A DNA stretch of 64,000 nucleotides from Thermoplasmata archaeon (GCA_020348445.1 CP070751.1:2753413-2817412), one strand, 5' to 3'; counted from the stretch's first letter, positions 39,210-47,691 are shown. A program made the numbers and translations. The notes: generated by a model from the letters alone, not told the origin.

Positions 39210-39953
39210 TTGAAAAAAATGGTAGCCGTTGGCTTGATATTTATATTAGCAATATTAGTAAATACCGAAAGTGTGGTGGCATGGAATTACTGGACCCCAA
39301 TTACAATACATGAGGTTCAGTTTGACGGATCGAATTATTATGCTCCTGTAGCTGAACATGATCTATACAATAATAGTCCACTTCTAGTGTCAGAATATTT
39401 AATATGGGAGAATGAAACAAAATATTTACCAATTATTAAAGATGATAATGGTAAAGATTATGTTTCCGTGTCTGAAGATACCTCGGGTAGAATTTACATT
39501 GAGCTTCAAAATACCCCTGAAAAGAACAAGAATAACAAGGCTATTGCAGGTCTACCAATTTTGGCTTACTCTGATGCTCATCTGGGGGAAGACATTCTTA
39601 ATCTACCAGTCTTGGGAAGCACAAAAACAGGAGGGGTTGATGGCCTAGAAGAGCCTCCCCTTGACTTCTACATAATGATTCCTTTGAAAAATTATCCCGA
39701 GGGAAAGAAAAGTTATGTAGCCTTTTTAATCGAAAATCCAAATCCGCCGAATGGAAAAAATGGCAATCATGATTGGATTATACCTCTTATTCGAATCCCC
39801 ACCTCTTCCCAGAAAAATACCAATGATATAGGGGGTGGCAGCGTAAATGAAGACGCCTTATTAAGTATTGATAATGATTGGGATATTCAAATGGATCTTG
39901 GTTTGATTTTGGACTATGAACCATTGGGTCCTAGTCCCAGTAAAGGGGGGTAA
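39210..39953 (+). CDS. Hypothetical secreted protein (possibly 5' half of a frameshifted gene)
   Basis: TTG start with GGAAGGTGA SD, signal peptide ending VVA/WNY; terminates just after a G6 tract. Confidence 0.65.
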   Translation: MKKMVAVGLIFILAILVNTESVVAWNYWTPITIHEVQFDGSNYYAPVAEHDLYNNSPLLVSEYLIWENETKYLPIIKDDNGKDYVSVSEDTSGRIYIELQNTPEKNKNNKAIAGLPILAYSDAHLGEDILNLPVLGSTKTGGVDGLEEPPLDFYIMIPLKNYPEGKKSYVAFLIENPNPPNGKNGNHDWIIPLIRIPTSSQKNTNDIGGGSVNEDALLSIDNDWDIQMDLGLILDYEPLGPSPSKGG

Positions 39954-41049
39954 CCCTCGATTGTCCCCAGAAAATGAAGATTTAAGACAGGTTATCTCTG
40001 AGCAAAATGCAGAATTGGAAAGATTAGACAATTCAAGAGAGAATAGAGTTAAAAAAGCCCAATTGTATTTGGATTTAGGGGATAATTACGAGATTATTGG
40101 TGAACGAGATAAGGCACTAAACTGTTATAAAGAATCATTGATATTAAGTAGAGAATTAAACGAGATTATAATAATAGCAAAAGCTTATCAACGAATGGGG
40201 AACATAAAAGCTGATATGTTCTTATTTCCTACAGCGATCGCCTATTATGAAAAGGCTATTACTATTTCAGAGAGAATTTTTAATGATGAGCTACTAGGAG
40301 AGTTATTCTGCGGCCTGGGTGGAATTTACCATCGTATTGGTGCGAATGATAGGGCGATTGAATATTTTAATAAAAGCGCAGAAAAGGCTAATCTTATAAA
40401 GGATACGAAAACCATAATAAAAGATTACAATCAGCTTGGTGTAATGCATGCAGAAAAGGGGGATTTTAAAAATGCCTTATATTTTTGGGAATTGGCTCTT
40501 GACCGTTTGAGAATAATCGATGATCAAAGGACCAAAGCAAAGGTTCTCAATAACATTGGCATGCTATATTATGATAAGGGGGAGTATGAGAAGGCGATCG
40601 AAAGATTCGAGGAACTGAAACGATTAGGTGAAAAAGCACAAATCAAGGATGCAGAAGGGCGTGCTCTGGTGAATGGTGCGCATGCTTATATAAAACTTGG
40701 ACAAATAGGTAAAGCCCAAGAATATAATCAAAAGGGAGAAGAACTTTTTAAAAAATTAAATGATATAAACATGCTCATAGGGGTAAAACTAAATGTTGCC
40801 CTTGTCTACTCAACTAAGAAGAATTGGGATAAATCTATAGCGGTATTTAATGAAATTTTTGACGATCTAAAAGACATTTACGCACCCTATATACACGGAA
40901 TTATGCACTATGAATTTGGTATGGTTCTTAAAAATATGGGAAAACGAGAAGAGGCGAGGATCCAGCTTAATGAATCCTTAGAATCTTTCGAAGAGGCATG
41001 GGCCGTATACTATGTGAATAAAGTCGAGGAAGAATTGGCAAAGATTTGA
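39916..41049 (+). CDS. Tetratricopeptide repeat protein
   Basis: About eight TPR units (LGDNY..ALNCYKESL, MGNI..AIAYYEKA, LGVMHAEKGDFKNAL, IGMLYYDKGEYEKAI); no SD before the ATG. Confidence 0.85.
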   Translation: MNHWVLVPVKGGNPRLSPENEDLRQVISEQNAELERLDNSRENRVKKAQLYLDLGDNYEIIGERDKALNCYKESLILSRELNEIIIIAKAYQRMGNIKADMFLFPTAIAYYEKAITISERIFNDELLGELFCGLGGIYHRIGANDRAIEYFNKSAEKANLIKDTKTIIKDYNQLGVMHAEKGDFKNALYFWELALDRLRIIDDQRTKAKVLNNIGMLYYDKGEYEKAIERFEELKRLGEKAQIKDAEGRALVNGAHAYIKLGQIGKAQEYNQKGEELFKKLNDINMLIGVKLNVALVYSTKKNWDKSIAVFNEIFDDLKDIYAPYIHGIMHYEFGMVLKNMGKREEARIQLNESLESFEEAWAVYYVNKVEEELAKI

Positions 41050-41243
41050 ATTATTATTCGAATACAGTCAAAAATAACGATTTAATCGCTAATTGTATTA
41101 GGCCTTTATTAAAGAATTAGAGCGATTAAAAAGACAAATTCATATTAAAATACAGTTTATGAATGATATAAATATATATAATATCAAACAATAATCGAAT
41201 TGTTAGGAAGAATGATGATGTTATAATCAAGAACGACAAATAT

Positions 41244-41660
41244 CTATATCTTTTCTGTTTTTTCTTTAAATGAGGCTATTCCATATATCACATTATCAAT
41301 AAAGTCATCATTTAATTTTACATAACGACGAAATTGAGAATAGGGTGTTATTTTCACCTCTTTATAATCTAATACTCCGAGTTCGATTAGATTTGGTATG
41401 GATTTTCTATAAAAACTCTCTTTTCCCCGGATTCCTGTTTCTTTAAGCAATTTATAAATAGTGACCCACCTTTCTTCGACCTTTACATCAAAATATCTTT
41501 TCATCATGTATCCTAATATTTCGCTTAGATATGGGGTCTCTTTGAGCTGTTTTATCCATTTTTGAACTGATTTCCTAAACTCATATCCCTCTAATTTATT
41601 TAAAATCTCATTTGTTGAGATATCCATATTAAGTAAACACCTTCCTTTTACACAATTCAT
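41244..41660 (-). CDS. Small hypothetical protein, winged-HTH-like
   Basis: WVTIYKLLKETG..FYRKSIPNLIELGVLDYKEV..RRYVKLN resembles HTH plus wing; start may be 41627. Confidence 0.5.
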   Translation of the reverse strand: MNCVKGRCLLNMDISTNEILNKLEGYEFRKSVQKWIKQLKETPYLSEILGYMMKRYFDVKVEERWVTIYKLLKETGIRGKESFYRKSIPNLIELGVLDYKEVKITPYSQFRRYVKLNDDFIDNVIYGIASFKEKTEKI

Positions 41661-41921
41661 ATAAATTATGAACGATATTTAATTCCTAATAATTTATGTA
41701 TCACACCTATATATAATAAAGATTATTATGTTTTATTAGAAAGGCAATGCTAAATTTTTTATTAAAAATACAGAAAATAATTAATTATCACACTATGTCA
41801 TTCGATAAACATCGTACCGTGGATGTATGGAATTATGCATCCTATAAATATGAGATTAAAAGCATTACTCAAGATTCTTTTTAAAGGATCTGAATTTAAT
41901 TATTACCTTGACAGGAATCTA

Positions 41922-44864
41922 TTACGCACTTCCACTCAAACCGCAATTTGGGCATTGAATCTGTGGGCTTCTAGTGTCTGCTTGAAAAGCAAAACCACAT
42001 TGTGGGCAACTCAAACTTTGAAGTGCACCTTGAGATTGTTTAATTTCGCTATCAGAACCGACGCCTGCCGCCTTTGATGATGATATCCCACCTATCAAAG
42101 CAGCTATGATGGCCACTATTAGTATCAAAATTACAACCAGCAACAAAAGCATCCACAAGGGTAATTCACTTAAATCTTCTGCATTGTCAACTTCAATTGT
42201 CAATGTTTCCTCAACGGACTCACCCTCATCATCTGTAGCCCTTATCGTGATTGTGTGCTCGCCATCTGAAAGTTCTGTGGTATCCAATTGAAAGCTCCAG
42301 CCAGTTTTACCCTCTGCTTCTTCCCAACTTCCAGAATCGATCTGAATCTCTACCTGTGTGATATCACCATCCTCATCAGAAGCGGTGCCTTCTATTGTAA
42401 TGGTCCCTGAGACTTTTTCTGGTATATAAGAGGTGATGGAAAGGGTGGGAGCATGGGGATTGTCCACATGAACAATCACAAATTCTACAATGGAGTAATC
42501 TGTTCCATCGAAGGCCCTGGCCGATATATTGTATTCCCCGTCATCCAACTCTGTTGTATCCCAGTTATATGTCCAATCTGTTGTACCTTCTGCTTCTTCC
42601 CATGTACCTTCGATTTTAACCTCCACAGATGTTATAGTGCCGTCACCATCTGGATCCGATGCTGTACCCGCAATCTCCACAATTCCAGATACGGTTCCTT
42701 CGGCTGGAGATATGATTTCCAAGGTAGGCGGATAGTTTATACTATTATCGACAGTAACAGCCACTGATATAATAGATGAGTGCTCATTTCTATCATCCTC
42801 TGCCCTGGCATATAAGGCATGTTCACCATCGACTTCAGAGGTTGTGTCCCAGGAAAAACTCCAGGATGATGTTCCAGTGGCTGTGAACCATCCCTTATTA
42901 TCGATTTTAATTTGCACTTTCTGAACATTTCCATCCAAATCTGATGCTGTACCTTTGACAATGACTGTACCCGAAACCGTATCCTCATCATGCGGTGAGG
43001 TGATAGCCACTGTGGGGGGATTATTGGGTTGTGGGGAAACATTATTTACAGTAATATTTACCCTCTGTTCTGTTGAGTAGTTCAATCCGTCATAACTTCT
43101 TACGTATATTGTGTATTGTCCATTATCCATCGTTGTAGTATCCAAGGGGTAGGTCCAGGAAGTTGTTCCTTCCACCTCGATCCAATTACCATTATCAATT
43201 CTCAATTCTACATGTTCCACGGTTCCATCTGTATCATATGCCGTGCCTTGGATATCAATGGTATCTGAGACAGTCTCACCTTCATAAGGTGATGTGATGC
43301 TAACAGTTGGTGGATTATTGGTGGCTATGTTACTCACAATTATATTCACCTGCTGCTCTATCGAGTAATTAAATCCATCATAACTTCTTGCATAAATCGC
43401 GTATGGTCCATTATCCATCGTCGTAGTATTCAAGGAATAGTTCCAGGATGATGTTCCTTGCACTTCGATCCAATTTCCATTATCGATTTTCAATTCCACA
43501 AATTGTATGGTTCCATCCACATCTGCGGCTGTACCTAGGACATAAACGATACCTTCAACCACTTGTCCTTCAAAAGGTGATGTGATTTGTACTGTGGGGG
43601 GAATGTTTATTTGAGTCTCGAAATATCTTTTGTAATATATCTCCATCCTGTCCCCATCTAAATAATCCCTGCCGTCAGCCCAAACCACGTTGGCTTTATC
43701 GTTATGGTCCAATTCGACTACCGGAAAAAGAGATTTTGAGGCATTTATAGTGAGCCTCAACTCGTCTTTTAAAATATTTCCTTCATTATTGACTTTCATA
43801 TAATATATCTCGGAGTTTTGGTTGCGCTCATCCTCCCATACTATATGAACATTTTCCTGGGAATCAAGATGAAGAGATGGATGCGTTGCATTTTCCTCGT
43901 CATTTGTCAATCTTTTTTCATCTACTATGGGAGCACCATCATTATCCAATTTCATGTAGTAGACCTGTTTGTAAACATTTCCCTTCCAGTTCGGCATGCT
44001 GCCGCAGGTCAGATGGATCAAATCGTTTGAGTCTATGACTATATTGGGTCTGAAGTGATCGGCACGGACAAAGGTTTTGGTATCATCTATTATCGTGTTT
44101 CCGTTGTTGTTCAATTTTGTATAATAGACATCCTGACACTTTGTGGTTCCTGTCTCATTTCTGTCATCCAGCCAGACCACATGGATATTACCCTCAGAAT
44201 CTGCTTCGCAGTCGGGAAACAGTGATTCCTCACCGTCCTGCCCTGTCAGAGGCAGGTCGTCCACCAGAGTCTGCCCATTGTTGTCAAGTTTGGTGTAGTA
44301 GATCTCCTCCTGCAGAACACTCATTATGTTCACTTCTTCGGACCACACGATGTGGAGGTTGTCAGATGGATCCACAGTAATTGATGGGTACAGTGAATAA
44401 TGGGGGGCATGGGTGATTCGCAACTCATCCACAATTGTATTGCCCATGTTATCCAGTTTCTCGTAGTACAATTCGATATTGGAAACAGGTCCCGTATCTC
44501 TGATATCGCTCCAGATGATATGGATATTGTCATTTGAATCGCAGGCCACATCCACATGGTACGATGTTGCAGCGTCCTGAACTGTAATTAAGGTCTCGTC
44601 AATTATTATGTTTCCTTCCTCATCCAATTTCATATAATAGATTTCAGGTGGTCCATGTCTGTAATCGACATACGCAACATGCAGGTTGTTTTGGGAGTCT
44701 GAGGCAATTCTTGGTCTTAAGGAAGAATTACCCTCCACTTCTGTTATTCTGATATCCTCTGTCCATCCTGATGGAGTTTCCTCAGCGGCTGTTGGGAGAG
44801 TCATTTGCAGAATTGAGATCAGTAACATGAAAATGAATGCTTGTGCCCATATCTTCTTTTTCAT
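41922..44864 (-). CDS. Cell-surface protein: 7-repeat beta-propeller-like domain, five Ig-like repeats, TM helix, cytoplasmic zinc ribbon
   Basis: Seven DSxxNxHxxW..EIYYxKLD repeats; five PPTVxITSP..GTAxD repeats; C-terminal TM; CPQCG..CPNCG. Confidence 0.82.
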   Translation of the reverse strand: MKKKIWAQAFIFMLLISILQMTLPTAAEETPSGWTEDIRITEVEGNSSLRPRIASDSQNNLHVAYVDYRHGPPEIYYMKLDEEGNIIIDETLITVQDAATSYHVDVACDSNDNIHIIWSDIRDTGPVSNIELYYEKLDNMGNTIVDELRITHAPHYSLYPSITVDPSDNLHIVWSEEVNIMSVLQEEIYYTKLDNNGQTLVDDLPLTGQDGEESLFPDCEADSEGNIHVVWLDDRNETGTTKCQDVYYTKLNNNGNTIIDDTKTFVRADHFRPNIVIDSNDLIHLTCGSMPNWKGNVYKQVYYMKLDNDGAPIVDEKRLTNDEENATHPSLHLDSQENVHIVWEDERNQNSEIYYMKVNNEGNILKDELRLTINASKSLFPVVELDHNDKANVVWADGRDYLDGDRMEIYYKRYFETQINIPPTVQITSPFEGQVVEGIVYVLGTAADVDGTIQFVELKIDNGNWIEVQGTSSWNYSLNTTTMDNGPYAIYARSYDGFNYSIEQQVNIIVSNIATNNPPTVSITSPYEGETVSDTIDIQGTAYDTDGTVEHVELRIDNGNWIEVEGTTSWTYPLDTTTMDNGQYTIYVRSYDGLNYSTEQRVNITVNNVSPQPNNPPTVAITSPHDEDTVSGTVIVKGTASDLDGNVQKVQIKIDNKGWFTATGTSSWSFSWDTTSEVDGEHALYARAEDDRNEHSSIISVAVTVDNSINYPPTLEIISPAEGTVSGIVEIAGTASDPDGDGTITSVEVKIEGTWEEAEGTTDWTYNWDTTELDDGEYNISARAFDGTDYSIVEFVIVHVDNPHAPTLSITSYIPEKVSGTITIEGTASDEDGDITQVEIQIDSGSWEEAEGKTGWSFQLDTTELSDGEHTITIRATDDEGESVEETLTIEVDNAEDLSELPLWMLLLLVVILILIVAIIAALIGGISSSKAAGVGSDSEIKQSQGALQSLSCPQCGFAFQADTRSPQIQCPNCGLSGSA

Positions 44865-44919
44865 ACTAAAATATCAATTGGATTGTTGGCTTTTAAATGT
44901 TTTGTTGATCATTAATGCA

Positions 44920-44941
44920 AAAAAGCGGGCCTGGCGGGATT
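44920..44941 (-). repeat. Copy of the tRNA-Lys 3' end (att-like), distal
   Basis: AAAAAGCGGGCCTGGCGGGATT, identical to 47335-47356 (22 bp). Confidence 0.9.
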
Positions 44942-45009
44942 TGTTCCTCGGGTTTTTGGCTAAGATGAAATTTCAGACGCTAAGAAAGCTCAAGGCTTCT
45001 ACTTCCATT

Positions 45010-45100
45010 TATACCTGCAAAAAACAGGTATAGCAAGGATTTTGCGCCGAAAGTAATAAAAAGCATGAACTCCTTATACTACCTGTTAAAAACAGGTATT
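45010..45100. promoter_or_regulatory. Two TACCTG-N7-CAGGTA inverted repeats flanking a BRE/TATA-like element
   Basis: IR1 TATACCTG-CAAAAAA-CAGGTATA at 45010-45032; IR2 core TACCTG-TTAAAAA-CAGGTA at 45080-45098; CCGAAAGTAATAAAAA between them. Confidence 0.75.
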
Positions 45101-45111
45101 ACATTCATATT

Positions 45112-45936
45112 ATGCCGAGTGTGTCCCACATGAAGAAGATTGATATGGTATACGCGGAGATCATGAAAAGACAGGTTGTGAATACTGATGACTTAGATGA
45201 AATCATGTTCTCTGTATTCGGGAAACCTCTTCAATACAAGTATTTTTATAATCAATATCTATCAAAACTTGTTAAAGAAAATAAATTGGTAAGGATTCGC
45301 AGGGGATTATATCACGGTATCGATATCTATTCCACAAGAAAATCAAAACCTGATAAATACCTGATCAGCGCGAAGCTCAGGAAACATTATTATTTGGGTT
45401 ATCATACTGCCCTTGAATTGCATGGATGTGCTTATTCAGATTTCAATCGATGCTATATTGTTACAACCCCTAATTCGAAATTTGAACCTTTTTACTACGA
45501 TAACCTGAATTTTCAAAAAGTTTTCACTCGGGATATTGAAAGTTTTATTGAAACAATAAAATATTCGGGACAAAGCATCTGTGTCTCCAATCCATCAAGA
45601 ACATTTGTTGAATGCATAAATAGACCTGAGTTTTGCGGAGGATGGGAGGAGGTTTTAAAGAGCCTAGATTCTCTCGGTAACGTAAAAATCCATGAAGTGC
45701 AAAAGATCCTTAAAATATATGATAAGCAGATCCTTTATCGAAAATGCGGATATGTACTTGACATCATGATAAAAAATTCTCCATATTATAAACATATTGA
45801 GAAACAAAAAGGGCTACATCCAATTGGGAAAAGCGCTCCAGATTTGTTTATTAAGAAGAACAATAGAGGTAAATATATTCCAAAATGGAAACTGTTTGCC
45901 CCATTCGATTTTGCTGAGCTGATAAGAGAGGTGTGA
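45112..45936 (+). CDS. abiEi: Type IV toxin-antitoxin antitoxin, AbiEi family
   Basis: N-terminal wHTH with LVRIRRGLY, YYLGYHTALELHG, SNPSRTFVECINRPEFCGG; 4-nt overlap with the toxin. Confidence 0.8.
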   Translation: MPSVSHMKKIDMVYAEIMKRQVVNTDDLDEIMFSVFGKPLQYKYFYNQYLSKLVKENKLVRIRRGLYHGIDIYSTRKSKPDKYLISAKLRKHYYLGYHTALELHGCAYSDFNRCYIVTTPNSKFEPFYYDNLNFQKVFTRDIESFIETIKYSGQSICVSNPSRTFVECINRPEFCGGWEEVLKSLDSLGNVKIHEVQKILKIYDKQILYRKCGYVLDIMIKNSPYYKHIEKQKGLHPIGKSAPDLFIKKNNRGKYIPKWKLFAPFDFAELIREV

Positions 45937-46844
45937 ACTTGGATCTCTCATTGTATCAGGATACCATTTCAGAAAAAATCGAGAGAATATGTGATATTTT
46001 GATTCAAACGAATAAAATAAGTACTCTTAGGGATCATTTGAGTTTTTATGGCGGGACGGCATTGAATTTTCTCTATCTGAACGTTCCCAGATTGTCTGAA
46101 GATTTGGATTTTAATTATAGACAGGTCAATTCACAGGACTGGGGGGAGGTCAGGAATGACATCGACATAGAAACCAAAAGGATCTTATATGATCTTGGAT
46201 ACCATCGAGAAAGTATTAAAATTCAGCCTATGTATAACCTGTGCAGATTTTATATAGAATATATAAATTCTAAGAACCTAAAAGATCTCATTAAGATTGA
46301 GACAGGATATATGCGAAGAATTCCCATTCTAAAAAACGACACGTTTAAAGAATTCATCCATCCTGTAACCGGACAGCATATTGATATAAAAACACCACAG
46401 AAAGAAGAGTTATTCGCAAATAAGTTCTGCACGATGTTCTCAAGAGAAAGCATGAGTGTAAGGGATATTTTTGATGTCTACAACATATCTAAAGCTGAGT
46501 TCGAATTTTCCTTGTTTTGTGATGTTGTAATGATCGAATCAATATTCATGAATATAGATATCATGAATTTTTCGTTGACCTCATTGGATGAGAAAATGCA
46601 AATGGATCGAATCCAGGATTTTGTGGCAGGGGAAATCGATTGGACAGCCATCAACGAGGGAGTCAAATCATTTGTCATGAGGATCCAAGCTGAATTAAAG
46701 GTCCGTGACCATCCAAAATTGATCAGGGAATTTCATAAGTCCAAAACAATTAATATTGATCAGATCATTAACAAGAGTAAATTAAATGATGGGATACAAG
46801 AGCATCCGATATTGTTGTGGATAATTGAGGAAATCTCAAAATAA
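45933..46844 (+). CDS. abiEii: Type IV toxin, AbiEii/AbiGii nucleotidyltransferase family
   Basis: FYGGTAL..RLSEDLDF, IKIE, ELFANK..R..RDIFDVY. Confidence 0.85.
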   Translation: MNLDLSLYQDTISEKIERICDILIQTNKISTLRDHLSFYGGTALNFLYLNVPRLSEDLDFNYRQVNSQDWGEVRNDIDIETKRILYDLGYHRESIKIQPMYNLCRFYIEYINSKNLKDLIKIETGYMRRIPILKNDTFKEFIHPVTGQHIDIKTPQKEELFANKFCTMFSRESMSVRDIFDVYNISKAEFEFSLFCDVVMIESIFMNIDIMNFSLTSLDEKMQMDRIQDFVAGEIDWTAINEGVKSFVMRIQAELKVRDHPKLIREFHKSKTINIDQIINKSKLNDGIQEHPILLWIIEEISK

Positions 46845-46869
46845 GAATTTATACCAGATAGGTGAAATA

Positions 46870-46885
46870 CGGGCCTGGCGGGATT
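46870..46885 (-). repeat. Copy of the tRNA-Lys 3' end (att-like), proximal
   Basis: CGGGCCTGGCGGGATT, identical to 47341-47356. Confidence 0.9.
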
Positions 46886-46955
46886 TGTATCTCAAGGACC
46901 CAGAACAAATGAGAATTCGAGCATTAAAATCCGGATGTATCCTTTTTTCTTATTT

Positions 46956-47240
46956 TTATTTGCAGAATACTTTCTCTTCAAATTTATATTTTGCAAGAAA
47001 CCGCCAAACAATCAACCAAAAGGGAATAATAAGAAAGATACCTCCCAAAAGCAAGATTGGCCATGCAACCGACAATGTATGTATAGGCCAGATAAATCTA
47101 TCTAATAATCCAAAGTGAATAAAGAGGAATAAAAGTAAAGCAATAAACCCAGTGAATATTACAAGCAGGATAAACATCAACAGTATCAAACGTGCAATCT
47201 CTCTTCCATGAATTGTTTCCATATTTGAAATGAGACCCAT
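46956..47240 (-). CDS. Small two-TM membrane protein; sole gene of a 471-bp cassette
   Basis: GAGGG SD, two hydrophobic helices; lies between the tRNA 3' end and the proximal repeat. Confidence 0.6.
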   Translation of the reverse strand: MGLISNMETIHGREIARLILLMFILLVIFTGFIALLLFLFIHFGLLDRFIWPIHTLSVAWPILLLGGIFLIIPFWLIVWRFLAKYKFEEKVFCK

Positions 47241-47340
47241 AATATCCCTCTATATCTAATCAATACATCTCAACTATAAAGTTTTTTTCATGAAATAGGG
47301 AAAAAAGACGATATATTACCTTGTCGAGATAGATAAAAAG

Positions 47341-47494
47341 CGGGCCTGGCGGGATTCGAACCCGTGACCGATCGGTGTCCCTGTGGCCAATGCCCCAACA
47401 ACGAAGTTAGGCTGGAATTCACGCCAGGTTTCTTTGTCAGAACAAAGAAACGCACATAAGAGCCGATCGCTCTACCTAGCTGAGCTACAGGCCC
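47341..47494 (-). tRNA. tRNA-Lys(CTT) with an 80-nt intron at 37/38 (intron 47377-47456)
   Basis: Acceptor GGGCCTG/CAGGCCC, D arm GCTC/GAGC, anticodon stem ATCGG/CCGAT with loop CT-CTT-A|A, T loop TTCGAAT, discriminator G, no encoded CCA; complete BHB motif at the splice sites. Confidence 0.95.
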
Positions 47495-47657
47495 AAGCGG
47501 ATGTAAACCCTGTAGCGAAGCTATAAAGTGGCGGAAGCAAAGCGAACGCCACGGGTATAGCTGAGCTACAGGCCCAAATTGATGTATTGCGAATGGAGCT
47601 CAGCTATTTAGTGGTGTAAGCGAAGCGAGCACCACGAACATGCTGAGCTACAGGCCC
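47495..47657 (-). repeat. Two tandem 81/82-nt hairpin units, each starting with a copy of the tRNA 5' end
   Basis: 47558-47575 matches tRNA nt 1-18; 47642-47657 matches nt 1-16; shared covarying inner stem-loop and TACATC end motif. Confidence 0.9.
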
Positions 47658-47682
47658 CTTGCTCCGTCGTAATGGAATGAGA

Positions 47683-47691
47683 TTTAATAAA
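47683..47691 (-). promoter_or_regulatory. TATA-box candidate for the hairpin-hairpin-tRNA transcript
   Basis: TTTATTAAA on the minus strand 26-34 nt upstream of the outermost tRNA-5' copy; no comparable motif between it and the tRNA. Confidence 0.55.

Larger units (their letters stand above)
44942..46885. mobile_element. ~1.9-kb tRNA-3'-end-delimited cassette carrying a type IV toxin-antitoxin pair
   Basis: Bounded by the att-like direct repeats at 44926 and 46870; contains only abiEi/abiEii-like genes and their promoter; no integrase. Confidence 0.6.

Noticed and set aside
39940-39955. Classical -1 programmed frameshift
   Set aside because: Fusion needs a +1 shift and there is no in-frame X XXY YYZ heptamer.
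21642-47356. Provirus or complete integrative element
   Set aside because: No integrase, transposase, capsid, terminase or replication gene recognised; no att copy found left of 44920.
47377-47456. Intron-encoded C/D box guide RNA
   Set aside because: A CUGA occurs only in a hairpin loop, there is no RUGAUGA C box, and complementarity to the tRNA (CCUGGCG) is only 7 nt.
47341-47494. tRNA-Pyl or amber suppressor
   Set aside because: Anticodon is CTT, not CTA, and the cloverleaf is canonical.
47475-47657. Mini-CRISPR array (three repeats at 81/82-nt period)
   Set aside because: Repeats are only 16-18 nt and are the tRNA 5' end; the spacers are related to each other and self-complementary; no cas genes in the window.
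47495-47657. Split-tRNA 5' halves
   Set aside because: Fragments stop at nt 16-18 in the D-loop and fold back on themselves; no BHB or partner-complementary leader seen. Cannot be fully excluded without the rest of the genome.
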